Positions 1 through 11,032 of a stretch of 64,000 bases of DNA are shown here, piece after piece. The DNA lies in contig JACZJK010000016.1 in assembly GCA_014860575.1 (NCBI GenBank), positions 281,935 to 345,934 on the forward strand, in the 5' to 3' direction. Positions within the stretch are counted from its first letter, which is position 1, and each line of letters opens with the position of its first letter. This DNA is from Bacteroidales bacterium (GTDB lineage: Bacteria > Bacteroidota > Bacteroidia > Bacteroidales > JAAYJT01). The position numbers and the translations under genes were made by a program. Under the pieces are notes generated by a model. The model ran no database searches, was not told where the DNA came from, and saw only the letters and a program-made list of their open reading frames with translations.

Positions 1-1
1 G

Positions 2-1066
2 AAAAAAGGCCACTCACTGGAGTTCCTGCGGGAAATAGCTCACCTGAGACCGCGCACAAACACTTTTGGCGCTGTGCTCCGGCTGAGGCATGCTATGTCA
101 TTCGCTATTCACAAGTATTTCAACGACAATGGTTTTTATTATATCCATACGCCCATCATTACCGGATCGGATGCTGAGGGTGCAGGCGCTATGTTCAGGG
201 TAAGCACACTGGATGCTAAGAACCCACCTTTAAAAGAAGACGGCTCTGTGGATTATTCAAGAGATTTTTTCGGCAAGCAAACTAACCTGACAGTTTCAGG
301 GCAACTTGAAGCCGAACTCGGGGCGATGGCACTTTCAAAGGTCTACACGTTTGGTCCGACTTTTCGCGCCGAAAACTCCAATACACCCCGCCACCTTGCC
401 GAATTCTGGATGATAGAACCGGAAATGGCTTTCTATGATATATATGATGATATGGATCTTGCAGAGGATTTCCTCAAGTATCTGATCCGCTATGCGCTGG
501 AAAACTGCATGGACGACCTGGAGTTCCTCAATAACATGTATGATAAAGAATTGATCGAACGCCTGAAATCAGTGGTTGAATATAAATTTGAAAGGCTTAC
601 TTATACCGAAGCTGTTGACATCCTGATGAAATCGGGGCAGAAATGGGAGTTTCCTGTTTCCTGGGGCACTGACCTGCAAGCCGAACATGAACGCTTCCTT
701 GTTGAGAAACATTTCAAAAAACCTGTAATTCTCACTGGCTATCCGATTGAGATCAAGGCATTTTACATGAAACAGAACGAAGACGGCAAAACCGTGAGGG
801 CCATGGATGTGCTTTTCCCAAGGATCGGGGAGATTATTGGCGGTTCGCAAAGGGAAGAAGATTACGATAAACTTTATCGCCGGATCAGGGAAATGCATAT
901 TGCGGAAGAAGAAATGTGGTGGTACCTTGAAACCCGTAAATTTGGTACAGCACCACATGCCGGGTTCGGACTTGGGTTTGAACGTCTGATGTTGTTTGTG
1001 AGCGGTATGGCCAATATCCGCGATGTAATCCCGTTTCCAAGAACACCTCAGAATGCTGAGTTTTAA
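2..1066 (+). CDS. asnS: asparagine--tRNA ligase, C-terminal ~354 aa (5' end outside window)
   Basis: The frame is open from base 2 ([25 protein letters not shown]...). Class II aaRS motifs [21 protein letters not shown] and GFGLGFERL are present. The listed ORF 74..1066 only starts at the first in-window Met. Confidence 0.93.
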   Translation, partial: KKGHSLEFLREIAHLRPRTNTFGAVLRLRHAMSFAIHKYFNDNGFYYIHTPIITGSDAEGAGAMFRVSTLDAKNPPLKEDGSVDYSRDFFGKQTNLTVSGQLEAELGAMALSKVYTFGPTFRAENSNTPRHLAEFWMIEPEMAFYDIYDDMDLAEDFLKYLIRYALENCMDDLEFLNNMYDKELIERLKSVVEYKFERLTYTEAVDILMKSGQKWEFPVSWGTDLQAEHERFLVEKHFKKPVILTGYPIEIKAFYMKQNEDGKTVRAMDVLFPRIGEIIGGSQREEDYDKLYRRIREMHIAEEEMWWYLETRKFGTAPHAGFGLGFERLMLFVSGMANIRDVIPFPRTPQNAEF

Positions 1067-1301
1067 TGTGCTTTTAGTGATTTTGTAATCTATCGGATAA
1101 GATATATTTTGTATCTTGCAGGCAAATATTTAAGACCATACGTTCATGAACAGGCAAATTTTAATTGACAATGCTATTGTGTGGATTGCTCAATAAAAAT
1201 TTGATGAGAATACTGAAAATTGATTAATGTGATATAACTTTTTAGCATAAACAGGTATTAACTGAAAGATATAAGCAAAGAAGCTCAACAATAAAACAAC
1301 T

Positions 1302-2786
1302 ATGCTCAACCAGAAACTGCAACAAAAATTACTACAGAAGCTATCGCCACAGCAGATCATGCTGATGAAGCTGTTGCAGATTCCCACTATGGCGCTGGAA
1401 CAAAGGATCAAACAGGAAATTGAGGAAAACCCCGCATTGGAAGAATTATCAGATGCAGAAGAGAATACTCAATCAGAAGAAATTGAAGCGCAAGGCAGCG
1501 ATGAGGATACTGACGAACCTAATCCGGAAGACATCAACGATCCTGACGAAGAATTCGATATCAGCGATTATATGGATGATGATGAATACATTCCATCATA
1601 TAAAACCGCTGCCAACAACAACAGTAGCGATGATGAGCACAAACAGGTTCCATTTGTTTCCGGCACCACATTTCACGAGTTTCTAATGTCTCAGCTTGGT
1701 TTGCGCAACCTCACCGACCGCCAGATTGTGATCGCAAAAACCATTATCGGCAACCTCGACGATGCAGGCTACCTGCAACGTGAAGTGAGCGCAATGGTTG
1801 ATGATTTGGCGTTCTCACAAAACCTGATGACTACCAAAGAGGAAATTGTTGAAGTGCTGAAAGTGGTTCAAGACCTTGACCCACCCGGGGTTGGCGCTCA
1901 GAACCTAAAGGATTGCCTGCTGTTGCAACTTAAACGGCTTGAGCAAACCACTGCCGTTGAAAACGCTGTGTTATTGCTTGAAAAGTATTTTGAGGAGTTC
2001 ATAAAAAAGCACTACGATAAAATCCTGAAGAAAGCCAGGATCACTGAAGAAGAGCTGAAAGAAGCCATAGATGAAATCGTTCAGCTTAACCCCAAACCAG
2101 GCAACTCAATGGGCGAAACTGATCGTGTGAACCATTATGTGATCCCCGATTTTCTTATCCACAACAAAGATGGTGATCTTGAACTTAGCCTGAACAATCG
2201 TTATACGCCTGAACTACGTGTAAACCGCACCTATGTTGACATGCTTGAAACATTTTCAGAAAACAGGGGCAACAACAATACTCAACGAAAAGAGGCTGTA
2301 ATGTTTATCAAGCAAAAAATTGATTCGGCACGCTGGTTTATTGATGCCATCAGGCAGCGACAAAATACGCTTTACCTCACCATGAAAGCCATTATGGATT
2401 ATCAGAGGGAATATTTTGTCGATGGCGACGAAACCAAGCTGAAGCCTATGATCCTGAAGGATATTGCTGAGATTGTGAACCTTGATATTTCAACTGTTTC
2501 GCGGGTGGCCAACAGTAAATATGTACAAACTCCTTTTGGCACATTGTTGTTAAAAAGCTTTTTCTCTGAGTCAATGCAAACCGATAGCGGTGAAGAAGTT
2601 TCCACAAGGGAAATTAAAAAAATTCTTTCCGATTGCCTTGATGCCGAGGACAAAACCAAGCCGCTTACCGACGATCAGCTTACCGATATCTTAAAAGAAA
2701 AAGGTTATAACATCGCCCGCCGAACTGTTGCCAAATACAGGGAACAATTGAAAATTCCGGTCGCCAGGCTTAGAAAGGAACTGTAA
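1302..2786 (+). CDS. rpoN: RNA polymerase sigma-54 factor
   Basis: N-terminus MLNQKLQQKLLQKLSPQQIMLMKLLQIP, an acidic linker, and the C-terminal RpoN box ARRTVAKYREQLKIPVARLRK. Confidence 0.95.
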   Translation: MLNQKLQQKLLQKLSPQQIMLMKLLQIPTMALEQRIKQEIEENPALEELSDAEENTQSEEIEAQGSDEDTDEPNPEDINDPDEEFDISDYMDDDEYIPSYKTAANNNSSDDEHKQVPFVSGTTFHEFLMSQLGLRNLTDRQIVIAKTIIGNLDDAGYLQREVSAMVDDLAFSQNLMTTKEEIVEVLKVVQDLDPPGVGAQNLKDCLLLQLKRLEQTTAVENAVLLLEKYFEEFIKKHYDKILKKARITEEELKEAIDEIVQLNPKPGNSMGETDRVNHYVIPDFLIHNKDGDLELSLNNRYTPELRVNRTYVDMLETFSENRGNNNTQRKEAVMFIKQKIDSARWFIDAIRQRQNTLYLTMKAIMDYQREYFVDGDETKLKPMILKDIAEIVNLDISTVSRVANSKYVQTPFGTLLLKSFFSESMQTDSGEEVSTREIKKILSDCLDAEDKTKPLTDDQLTDILKEKGYNIARRTVAKYREQLKIPVARLRKEL

Positions 2787-2799
2787 ACTGCTGATAAAC

Positions 2800-3423
2800 A
2801 TGTTTGAACGTATCGAAACAGCCACAGCCCGGGCCATATCCTACATTTTCCATCCCATGCTGCTTTCCACGTATGCAATGATAATCCTGTTCAACATGCG
2901 AGTTTACTTTTCCATGGGCATTCCATCCAAAGCAAAATGGATGATCGGGATATTGATTTTTATTATTACTGGCTTATTGCCCATGCTAACGGCTTTGCTT
3001 ATGTCGCGGCTCGGGATCACCAAAAGTATACAAATGGACCAACGCGAAGAACGTATCTGGCCATTTGTAATAACAGCCGTCTTTTATTACTTGGGATATT
3101 ACCTGCTCAAGCAACTTGAATTGTCGCCGGTTTTTCTTCTTTTTATGCTGGGGGCATTTGTTACTGTTGTTATAAGTTTGATGATAAGTTTTTTCTGGAA
3201 GATCAGTGTACATATGATCGGTATGGGAGGGCTGGTGGGCGCCTTCACAGGCCTATCGCTGAAAATTATGATAGACCTTCCAATTCTTATCATTGCCCTG
3301 ATTTTTTTAAGTGGGCTTACTGGATTTTCCCGGCTAAAACTTATGGCTCATAGCCCTGCTCAGGTATTGGCTGGTTTTGTAGCCGGATTCTGTTCCTTTA
3401 TGCTGCTTCTTTTACAGCAATAA
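2800..3423 (+). CDS. polytopic membrane protein, weak PAP2-phosphatase-like motifs
   Basis: About 6 hydrophobic helices. SVH...SRLKLMAHSPAQVLAGF resembles PAP2 motifs C2/C3 (SxH, SRx5Hx3[DQ]). The first motif is degenerate. Confidence 0.45.
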   Translation: MFERIETATARAISYIFHPMLLSTYAMIILFNMRVYFSMGIPSKAKWMIGILIFIITGLLPMLTALLMSRLGITKSIQMDQREERIWPFVITAVFYYLGYYLLKQLELSPVFLLFMLGAFVTVVISLMISFFWKISVHMIGMGGLVGAFTGLSLKIMIDLPILIIALIFLSGLTGFSRLKLMAHSPAQVLAGFVAGFCSFMLLLLQQ

Positions 3424-3476
3424 TTTTAAAAGTTTTGATCCGAGCCTGGTCTTTGAATACTGATTAAAACACAACA

Positions 3477-4613
3477 ATGCAATTCTCCGGCATTATAGGC
3501 CAGCAGGCCGTGAAAGAAAAACTGGTTCAAACGGTAAGGGACAGCCGTATCAGCCATGCGCAGTTGTTTCTGGGACCCGAGGGTTGCGGAAAACTTGCTT
3601 TGGCAATAGCTTATGCGCAGTTTATCAATTGCACTGGCCGAACACCGGATATGGATGATTCATGCGGAACCTGCCCATCTTGCTACAAATTTGAGCAATT
3701 GGCCCACCCCGATCTCCATTTCGTTTACCCGGTGGCAGCTACGAAAGATGTGCCTAAAAAGCCGGTCAGTAAGAGTTTTGTGAGTAAGTGGAGGTCGCTT
3801 CTCCTTGATCGCAAGGGGTATATCAATCTTGCGCAATGGTATGATACGATTGGCATTGAAAACAAGCAAGGCATCATTAATGCCGACGACTGCAACGAGA
3901 TTATCAAAACCCTGAGCTATAAATCTTATGAAGCGCAGTACAAGGTCATGATTATCTGGATGGTTGAGAAACTCTTTCACGCTGCCGCGCCCAAAATCCT
4001 GAAAATTCTTGAAGAACCGCCTGACAAAACGCTTTTTCTGCTCGTTGCTGAAGAGCCAGGGCAGATCATCAGTACTATTCTTTCGCGAACGCAATTGGTG
4101 AAAGTGAAAAAACTTAGCGATGATGATATTCGTACGTCCTTGATAAAGAATTATGGTGTTGAACCTAAAAATGCACACAAGGCAGCTTTGGTTGCCGACG
4201 GAAATATTATTGAAGCGCTTGATTTTCTGGCTGATGAAGGCTCAGAAGAATATTTCATTCAGTTCAGGCAGTGGATGCGTCTTTGCTTAAAAGTCAACAT
4301 TGTGGAAGTGAATAACTGGATTTCCGGGATCGTCAAAATGGGACGGGAAAAACAAAAGGTTTTCCTTGCTTATGGTTCACAAATCCTTAGGGAGAGTCTT
4401 GCTGTTAAACTTCAGGGAGAAGATATATTACGTCGCGAAGGCGAGGAAAGAGAATTCGTGTTGAAGTTTACGAGAACCATTTCCAGCCAGTTTATTCCAG
4501 ATCTGAGCCAAAAGCTGAATGAAGCGGCTTATCATATTGAACGCAATGCCAACCCTTCTATTCTTTTTATGGATCTTTCGCTGAAGATCAACCGTATGTT
4601 GAAAAGCCGTTGA
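3477..4613 (+). CDS. holB: DNA polymerase III subunit delta'
   Basis: SHAQLFLGPEGCGKLALAIAYAQFINC P-loop-like segment, followed by the Zn module CGTCPSCYKF and the SRTQ sensor motif. Size is typical of Bacteroidota HolB. Confidence 0.8.
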   Translation: MQFSGIIGQQAVKEKLVQTVRDSRISHAQLFLGPEGCGKLALAIAYAQFINCTGRTPDMDDSCGTCPSCYKFEQLAHPDLHFVYPVAATKDVPKKPVSKSFVSKWRSLLLDRKGYINLAQWYDTIGIENKQGIINADDCNEIIKTLSYKSYEAQYKVMIIWMVEKLFHAAAPKILKILEEPPDKTLFLLVAEEPGQIISTILSRTQLVKVKKLSDDDIRTSLIKNYGVEPKNAHKAALVADGNIIEALDFLADEGSEEYFIQFRQWMRLCLKVNIVEVNNWISGIVKMGREKQKVFLAYGSQILRESLAVKLQGEDILRREGEEREFVLKFTRTISSQFIPDLSQKLNEAAYHIERNANPSILFMDLSLKINRMLKSR

Positions 4614-4640
4614 CAATAGAATAAGCTGGTAAAATTTAAT

Positions 4641-4648
4641 TACTTTTG
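4641..4648 (+). promoter_or_regulatory. Bacteroidota -7 box TACTTTTG
   Basis: Exact TAnnTTTG match, 57 nt (TTG) or 84 nt (ATG) upstream of the PSP1 gene start. Confidence 0.35.
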
Positions 4649-4705
4649 CTGGTTACACTCAGGCAGGATGACCTCAATGGCTGCAGCCTGCTGATTAAAT
4701 AATAA

Positions 4706-5851
4706 TTGGCATCAAAACTAAGCCTTACAGAAATGAATGACGAGACCCTGCGATATCCCGAAAATAATCCCTTTTTTACCCGCGGTTGTTGCCGCAAGCC
4801 CGATCCTTACGATAAAAATGACAATCTCTTCCGCCATAGTTGCGCTAAACTAGACTCAAACAATTGGCTCGATGAAATTCCCCTTCCTCCTGGGCAGCAA
4901 ACATTCGATTGTATTGAAGTAAGGTTTAAAAATAACCGTAAAGATTTTTTCCGCTTGCCCTATGATATGGATCTGTTTGTTGGCGACATTATTGCTGTTG
5001 AAGCATCGCCCGGGCATGATATCGGTATCGTTAGCATGAAAGGTGAATTGGTGAGATACCAAATGCGCAACAAGAATGTATATCCTGATAAAAATGACAT
5101 AAAGAAAGTCTACCGAAAAGCCCGATCAACAGATATTGACAAGTGGCTTCAGGCTGTAAACTGCGAAGAACGCACCATTTTTCGCACCCGCGAAATCACC
5201 TCAAAGTTAAATTTGAAAATGAAGGTGAACGATGTTGAATACCAGGGTGATGGAACAAAGGCAATATTTTACTATACCGCAGAGGACCGCGTTGATTTCA
5301 GGGAACTGATTAAGCTGCTTGCCGAGGAGTTTCGCATAAGGGTTGAAATGCGTCAGATTGGTGTGAGGCAGGAAGCCGGAAGGCTTGGAGGAATTGGCTC
5401 CTGTGGACGAGAACTTTGTTGTTCAACATGGCTTACAGGGTTTCAGTCTGTTACCACCAATGCCGCAAGGGCACAACAACTGTCACCGAATCCACAGAAA
5501 CTGGCTGGCCAGTGTTCAAAGCTTAAATGTTGCCTAAATTACGAATACGCAGCTTATGTGGATGCGCTTCAGGGTTTCCCGGACAACCAGATTAAGCTGA
5601 AAACCCGCAAGGGCGATGCGTTTTATCAAAAATCTGATGTGTTCAAAGGCTTGATGTGGTATTCCTACTTTAACGATTCCGGGAGCCTTTTGGCCTTACC
5701 AATTGATAAGGTTCAGGAGATTATTGATGATAACCGAAAAGGTAAAATGCCCGAAAAACTTGAGGATTTTGCAAAAACCAAGGAACAAAAAGTTGATTTT
5801 GGCAGCGTCCTAGGACAGGACGACCTCACCCGGTTCGATAATGATAATTAA
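4706..5851 (+). CDS. PSP1 domain protein (RicT/YaaT-like)
   Basis: PSP1 C-terminal domain with Cys clusters GSCGRELCCSTWL and GQCSKLKCCLNYE. The listed start is TTG 4706. The first ATG is at 4733. Confidence 0.8.
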   Translation: MASKLSLTEMNDETLRYPENNPFFTRGCCRKPDPYDKNDNLFRHSCAKLDSNNWLDEIPLPPGQQTFDCIEVRFKNNRKDFFRLPYDMDLFVGDIIAVEASPGHDIGIVSMKGELVRYQMRNKNVYPDKNDIKKVYRKARSTDIDKWLQAVNCEERTIFRTREITSKLNLKMKVNDVEYQGDGTKAIFYYTAEDRVDFRELIKLLAEEFRIRVEMRQIGVRQEAGRLGGIGSCGRELCCSTWLTGFQSVTTNAARAQQLSPNPQKLAGQCSKLKCCLNYEYAAYVDALQGFPDNQIKLKTRKGDAFYQKSDVFKGLMWYSYFNDSGSLLALPIDKVQEIIDDNRKGKMPEKLEDFAKTKEQKVDFGSVLGQDDLTRFDNDN

Positions 5852-5895
5852 TCATTCCAACCTGCGTTATTTTGAAAATGAACTTCTGTTAAGCA

Positions 5896-6417
5896 ATGCA
5901 GTCTAACAAAAGCCAAACATGCCGAATTTGGGTTTTCCCCGGAATAAAACCAATAGTTTTGTTCCTGTTGGTTCTTGCAGTTGTGATCACAAGTTGCAAT
6001 GATAACGCCTATTATGAAGAAATCAAGCCAGTGGAAGGTGAGCTGTGGGATATGAGAGATATCAAAGAATTCAGCGTTAATGTAGACAATTCCGAAGCTA
6101 GTTACAGGTTGATTTTTACAGTACGGAACACAACTGATTATGCCTATAGTAATCTTTACTTGTTTTTTACGACCACATATCCTGACCAGGAGATCACACG
6201 CGACACAATTGAATGCCTGCTTGCCGATCGGAGCGGACAATGGCTTGGCAAGGGTGTTGGCAAAATCAGGGAAAGCAGGTTCCTGATCAAAGACCGAATG
6301 AACTTCCCCGATACCGGGAATTACATTTTTACACTTGAGCAGGCTATGCGCGATGAAACACTCCCAGGCATTGCTGATATTGGCATACGCATTGAAAACA
6401 TAGCTCAGGCAGAATAA
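5896..6417 (+). CDS. gldH: gliding motility lipoprotein GldH
   Basis: Lipoprotein signal ending in a lipobox (VVITSC). The pattern NLYLFF..DTIECLLAD..G.WLGKG.GKIRES..L....NF...G.Y.F.LEQAMR....PGIADIG.RIE matches Flavobacterium GldH as I recall it. The context is the usual holB/PSP1/PBP1A one. Confidence 0.8.
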   Translation: MQSNKSQTCRIWVFPGIKPIVLFLLVLAVVITSCNDNAYYEEIKPVEGELWDMRDIKEFSVNVDNSEASYRLIFTVRNTTDYAYSNLYLFFTTTYPDQEITRDTIECLLADRSGQWLGKGVGKIRESRFLIKDRMNFPDTGNYIFTLEQAMRDETLPGIADIGIRIENIAQAE

Positions 6418-6435
6418 AAACCTAAGAAATTCACT

Positions 6436-8787
6436 ATGGCTAAAAAAGCCGGAAACACTCACAATTTTAGAAAGTACCTGATCCGCTTCTGGGTTACATT
6501 TGTCACAGCTATCTTATTTGTTGTCTTGCTTTTTGTTTCAATATCACTTGGGTGGCTGGGATTTATGCCCAGTTTCGAAACTCTTGAAAACCCACAAAGC
6601 AATCTGGCTTCTGAGATCATTTCAGCCGATCAGGAAGTACTGGGAAAGTACTTTATTGAGAACCGGACAAACATCACTTTTTCCGAACTCTCCCCTAACC
6701 TTATTAACGCCCTGGTTGCCACTGAGGACATACGTTTCACACGCCATTCGGGTATTGATGTACGTGCATTTGGCAGGGTTGCCTATGGTATAGTTACCGG
6801 AAAAAACATGGGAGGCGGTTCAACCATCACACAGCAGTTGGCAAAGAACCTGTTTCCCCGCCAACCTAACCGCACATTTTTGGGCATGGTGCTGGTAAAA
6901 TTCAAAGAGTGGGTGGTAGCTGCTAAACTTGAACGCAATTATAGTAAGGAAGAGATTATTGCCATGTATTTCAATACCGTGGATTTTGGGAGCCATTCCT
7001 ATGGCATACAAAGTGCTGCACGTACGTTTTATAACAAAGAGCCCAATCAACTTTCGGTGGATGAGGCAGCTACACTGGTTGGCATACTAAAAGCCCCATC
7101 CTGGTTTAGTCCGGTTCGCAGCCCGGAGCGGGCGCTTGGACGCCGCAATGTGGTTATGTCGCAGATGCAGAAATACGACTTTATTACCCTCGAAGATTTT
7201 GAAGCATTCAGAGCATTGCCAATTGATATGTCAAACTACCGTATTCAGGACCATAATGCAGGATTGGCACCCTATCTGCGTGAATACCTTCGTATTATCA
7301 TGTATGCGAGGAAGCCCGATCCTGAGCGATACAACTCACGCGACCGATATGTTGAAGATTCAGTAAATTGGGCAGATAATGATTTGTATGGCTGGATCAA
7401 TAAGAATGTTAAGCCCGACGGGTCGTACCACAATATTTATAAAGATGGCCTACGGATTTATACAACCATCAATGCAACAATGCAACGATATGCCGAAGAG
7501 GCCGTAACCGAGCATCTTTCACTTGATATTCAGCCCGCATTCTTCAAGCATTGGCGCAATGACCGCAATGCGCCTTTTGATTTCGAGCCATCAATGGCAA
7601 GAGAAGAGATTGCAAAAATTATGGAATCATCCAAGCGGCGCTCCGATCGTTATAGAAATCTCCGTCAGGCTGGCATGCCTTCCGATTCAATTGATATGAA
7701 TTTTAAAACCGCCATACCTATGCGGGTTTTTACCTGGAGTGGTGAAAAGGATACAGTAATGTCTCCTATGGATTCAATCAGGTATTACAAATTCTTTATC
7801 CGTTCAGGGCTAATGTCAATGGAACCACAAACCGGTTATGTACGCGCATATGTGGGTGGCGTTGATTATAAACATTTTCAGTACGACCAGGTGAGCATGG
7901 GCCGCCGGCAGGTAGGTTCAACATTCAAACCATTTGTATACACACTTGCCATGCAGGAAGGTGATTACTCGCCATGCAGCTATGTGCCTAATGTACAGCA
8001 AACGGTTGAATTGCCTACTGGCGGGTATTGGGAACCAAGAAATTCTTCCCGGTTCAAGGAAAACGAAATGGTAACACTGAAGGAAGCATTGGCGAATTCC
8101 ATTAACTGGGTTTCAGCTTTCCTGATCAAACGATATCCTCCTCAAGCCGTGGTTACTATGATCAGGAAAATGGGTGTTACTGCTCCAATTGACCCGGTTC
8201 CTGCTATAAGCCTTGGCACTCCCGATCTTTCGCTTTACGAAATGGTAGGTGCCATGAATACCTATGCCAACAAAGGTGTTTATATTGAACCGGTGTTTGT
8301 TACAAGAATTGAAGACAGGCATGGAAATGTGATCAGCCGTTTTATTCCACGAACCCAGGAAGCCATGAGCGAAGAAACTTCTTATTTAATGCTGGCACTG
8401 ATGAAAGGGGTTGTTGAGAGTGGAACCGGTATGAGGCTCAGGGGCAAGTATCAGTTGCGAAACCCAATTGCCGGTAAAACGGGCACAACACAAAGCAACT
8501 CCGATGGTTGGTTCATGGGCATCACACCCGACCTTACCACTGGTGTATGGTCAGGAGGGGAAGATCGTAGTGTACGCTTTCGTATTATGTCACTTGGGCA
8601 GGGCGCCAATATGGCCTTGCCGATCTGGGCGCTATACATGCAAAAGATTTATGCTGATACTACCTTGAATATTTCTGTTGGAGATTTTGAGCCGCCAGCA
8701 AATGGGCTGGAAGTAGAAACAGATTGCGATTTATTTCACAGGCAGCAAAAGAAACAACAGAATCCTACATTGTATGACGATTTCTAG
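6436..8787 (+). CDS. mrcA: penicillin-binding protein 1A (bifunctional transglycosylase/transpeptidase)
   Basis: N-terminal TM anchor. GT51 motifs EDIRFTRHSGID and GGSTITQQLAKN. Transpeptidase motifs STFKPF, SxN and KTGTT. Confidence 0.92.
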   Translation: MAKKAGNTHNFRKYLIRFWVTFVTAILFVVLLFVSISLGWLGFMPSFETLENPQSNLASEIISADQEVLGKYFIENRTNITFSELSPNLINALVATEDIRFTRHSGIDVRAFGRVAYGIVTGKNMGGGSTITQQLAKNLFPRQPNRTFLGMVLVKFKEWVVAAKLERNYSKEEIIAMYFNTVDFGSHSYGIQSAARTFYNKEPNQLSVDEAATLVGILKAPSWFSPVRSPERALGRRNVVMSQMQKYDFITLEDFEAFRALPIDMSNYRIQDHNAGLAPYLREYLRIIMYARKPDPERYNSRDRYVEDSVNWADNDLYGWINKNVKPDGSYHNIYKDGLRIYTTINATMQRYAEEAVTEHLSLDIQPAFFKHWRNDRNAPFDFEPSMAREEIAKIMESSKRRSDRYRNLRQAGMPSDSIDMNFKTAIPMRVFTWSGEKDTVMSPMDSIRYYKFFIRSGLMSMEPQTGYVRAYVGGVDYKHFQYDQVSMGRRQVGSTFKPFVYTLAMQEGDYSPCSYVPNVQQTVELPTGGYWEPRNSSRFKENEMVTLKEALANSINWVSAFLIKRYPPQAVVTMIRKMGVTAPIDPVPAISLGTPDLSLYEMVGAMNTYANKGVYIEPVFVTRIEDRHGNVISRFIPRTQEAMSEETSYLMLALMKGVVESGTGMRLRGKYQLRNPIAGKTGTTQSNSDGWFMGITPDLTTGVWSGGEDRSVRFRIMSLGQGANMALPIWALYMQKIYADTTLNISVGDFEPPANGLEVETDCDLFHRQQKKQQNPTLYDDF

Positions 8788-8799
8788 AATAATTAACAC

Positions 8800-10803
8800 C
8801 TAGGGAGCCAGGCGCTGTAAAAGTAGTTTACCGGAATAGCTATGACTTCCAGTTATAATTTTGTAGAAATACATACCATCGCTACAGGCGTTGCCATTTG
8901 TATCCGTGCCATGCCACTGCCATGAAAAGTTTGAACCAATACCGGTATAAGGACGTGCCATAGTAACATTCTTTCCCTGTGAATCAATGATGACAATTTC
9001 AAACGATGATTGATCAGGGTTCTCAATGTGAAATGTAGTTGAACCCCTGAAAGGATTGGGCATAACATTTACCTTGAGTTTATGGGTGATGTGTTCATCA
9101 ATACCCACCAACCTGAGAACATGAAGTTTTACCTTTACTGAATCTCCCTGTCCGCCTTGTCCTTCTATCATAATCATTGCCTGGTAGTCTTCTGGCTCAA
9201 GTCCGAATGTATTTACGTCAACAGTGATCGTGATACTATCACCGCCGGCCATTATGCCGGTATCTGGTTCAACACTTAACCACTGGGGATTGTCTTTGAT
9301 AATGATATTAAAGCTGAGTGAATCAATCCCTGTGCTCGAAATTATAAATCCAGCTGTGGTTTCCTCATCAGGGTAGAGCGAAACATCAATTGAATCGAGG
9401 TCAGCATAAAGTTGGGGCAGCGGATTGTATAGCATAAGCATTGGATTGAAAACATTCAGTCTTCCTCCTGAAACTGTAAGCCCTAGAAGCGTTTCAAGCG
9501 AGTCAGTTCCATCAAGCAGATGTTGTTTTAACTGGAGGGCAGCGGCAGCAGGATTTTCTTTGTAAAAATCAATAAATACTGAGTCGGCTGAAGCCAGTAT
9601 AAGTGCAACAGCGCCGGCAACATGTGGTGTTGCCATACTTGTACCGGTGCTGTAACCATAAGTATTGTTATTACGTGTAGAGTAAATGGAGGTTCCGGGT
9701 GCGCCCAGGTCAATTGTTTCAAGGCCATAACCTGCAGATGTAGCTTTAACATCCATGTGGGTTGTGTTGGTCACACTTATAAGGTGCGGACTGGGGAATG
9801 CCGTTGGAACATCACCTACTGAATCAATATTGATATTGAGATTGGCTGTTGCCGCAGCGCTCAAAATTCCCAGGGTTCCAAGGCTATCATACATAGCGCC
9901 CCAGATAGGATAATTCTCAGGTTGACCAAAGTTAACACCGAATGAGCTGTTTGTTGCGACTATAAATGCCCCATACTCTCCATCAGTTTCATCATAGAGT
10001 GCGCGCATATCATACACATAGGCATAAGCTGCCACCACTGTTGACTCATTGCCTGATGAACCGGCAATAGGCAAAACCTTTACATTCCAGTTCACACCTG
10101 TTACCCCGGTACCATTATTTCCAAAAGCGCCAATCGTACCCGAAACGTGGGTGCCATGATTACTGGCTGGGACATTTCCTGTACCGTTATAGGCATTCCA
10201 GCCGTGGAAGTCATCAATATAACCGTTATTATCATCATCAATTCCGTTTCCGGGAATCTCATTCCAGTTTTTAAACAGGTTAAGGTCAGGATGAAAAACA
10301 TCACAACCGCTATCAATCACAGCAACCACAATCGTATCGCCATGCGCAGTTAATCCTCCAGTTGTAATTCCCCATGCATTCAGGGCATCAATATCGGCGC
10401 CGGCTAATCCACCACTCTGGCCTGTGTTCTGAAGGCTCCATTGAAGGCCGAAGAATGGATCGTCAGGAATTGAGTCGGAAGAAAGTTCCCGCAACTGAAG
10501 TACGTGTTCATGCTGTGCAAGCCGAACTAAAGAATTTTGCCGCAGCTGCGACAATAAATCCTCAGCGAGAATGCCGGCTTCGTCATACGAAACCAAAGCA
10601 ATATTAAGCCTGTGCGAAAGAATACGTTCAACCTTAAAGTTGAAGGGAGCGAATTCCTGCGATAATGCACTCAACTGGTTCATATCAGATAGTTGAACCA
10701 TCATTTTTCCAGGTATAATACTTCCGGGTTCAGACTGGGCGCTGAGATTTACTACAATTGCACCAAAGGCTAGTGATAGTATAAGTAATCGTATGGTTTT
10801 CAC
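8800..10803 (-). CDS. S8 subtilisin-family serine peptidase with T9SS C-terminal sorting domain
   Basis: Signal peptide. Catalytic triad VAVIDSG, HGTHVSGT and GTSMATPHVAG. C-terminal NPFRGSTTFHI...GMYFYKI...GKLLLQR is a typical Por/T9SS CTD. Confidence 0.9.
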   Translation of the reverse strand: MKTIRLLILSLAFGAIVVNLSAQSEPGSIIPGKMMVQLSDMNQLSALSQEFAPFNFKVERILSHRLNIALVSYDEAGILAEDLLSQLRQNSLVRLAQHEHVLQLRELSSDSIPDDPFFGLQWSLQNTGQSGGLAGADIDALNAWGITTGGLTAHGDTIVVAVIDSGCDVFHPDLNLFKNWNEIPGNGIDDDNNGYIDDFHGWNAYNGTGNVPASNHGTHVSGTIGAFGNNGTGVTGVNWNVKVLPIAGSSGNESTVVAAYAYVYDMRALYDETDGEYGAFIVATNSSFGVNFGQPENYPIWGAMYDSLGTLGILSAAATANLNINIDSVGDVPTAFPSPHLISVTNTTHMDVKATSAGYGLETIDLGAPGTSIYSTRNNNTYGYSTGTSMATPHVAGAVALILASADSVFIDFYKENPAAAALQLKQHLLDGTDSLETLLGLTVSGGRLNVFNPMLMLYNPLPQLYADLDSIDVSLYPDEETTAGFIISSTGIDSLSFNIIIKDNPQWLSVEPDTGIMAGGDSITITVDVNTFGLEPEDYQAMIMIEGQGGQGDSVKVKLHVLRLVGIDEHITHKLKVNVMPNPFRGSTTFHIENPDQSSFEIVIIDSQGKNVTMARPYTGIGSNFSWQWHGTDTNGNACSDGMYFYKIITGSHSYSGKLLLQRLAP

Positions 10804-11032
10804 GGCTTGAATGTGTTTGAGAAAAGAAGGTTTAATAAATGAAGAACAGAATTAAATAAATCACAAGATATAAGTGTTTTAACATTCCGGATTTAGAAAT
10901 GTTCTAAATTGGCTCAGGAAAATAGAAATGCGAAATGCAACGGGATGGAATTTACAAAAACTGACGTTGTGGAAAAAGTCAATCAATGGTTATACATCAG
11001 TTATGTAAACAGGGAAATGGAGATCAATAGGG

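Noticed and set aside
3660-4178. A 172-aa minus-strand ORF inside holB. Similar antisense ORFs lie inside murF-alr, the peptidases, the FrhB-like gene (15696..16178) and at 24941..25348.
   Set aside because: All are antisense to genes with clear family motifs, and none has motifs or promoter boxes of its own.
5848-6462. A 204-aa minus-strand ORF covering gldH.
   Set aside because: It is antisense to a well-supported GldH homologue and has no motifs.
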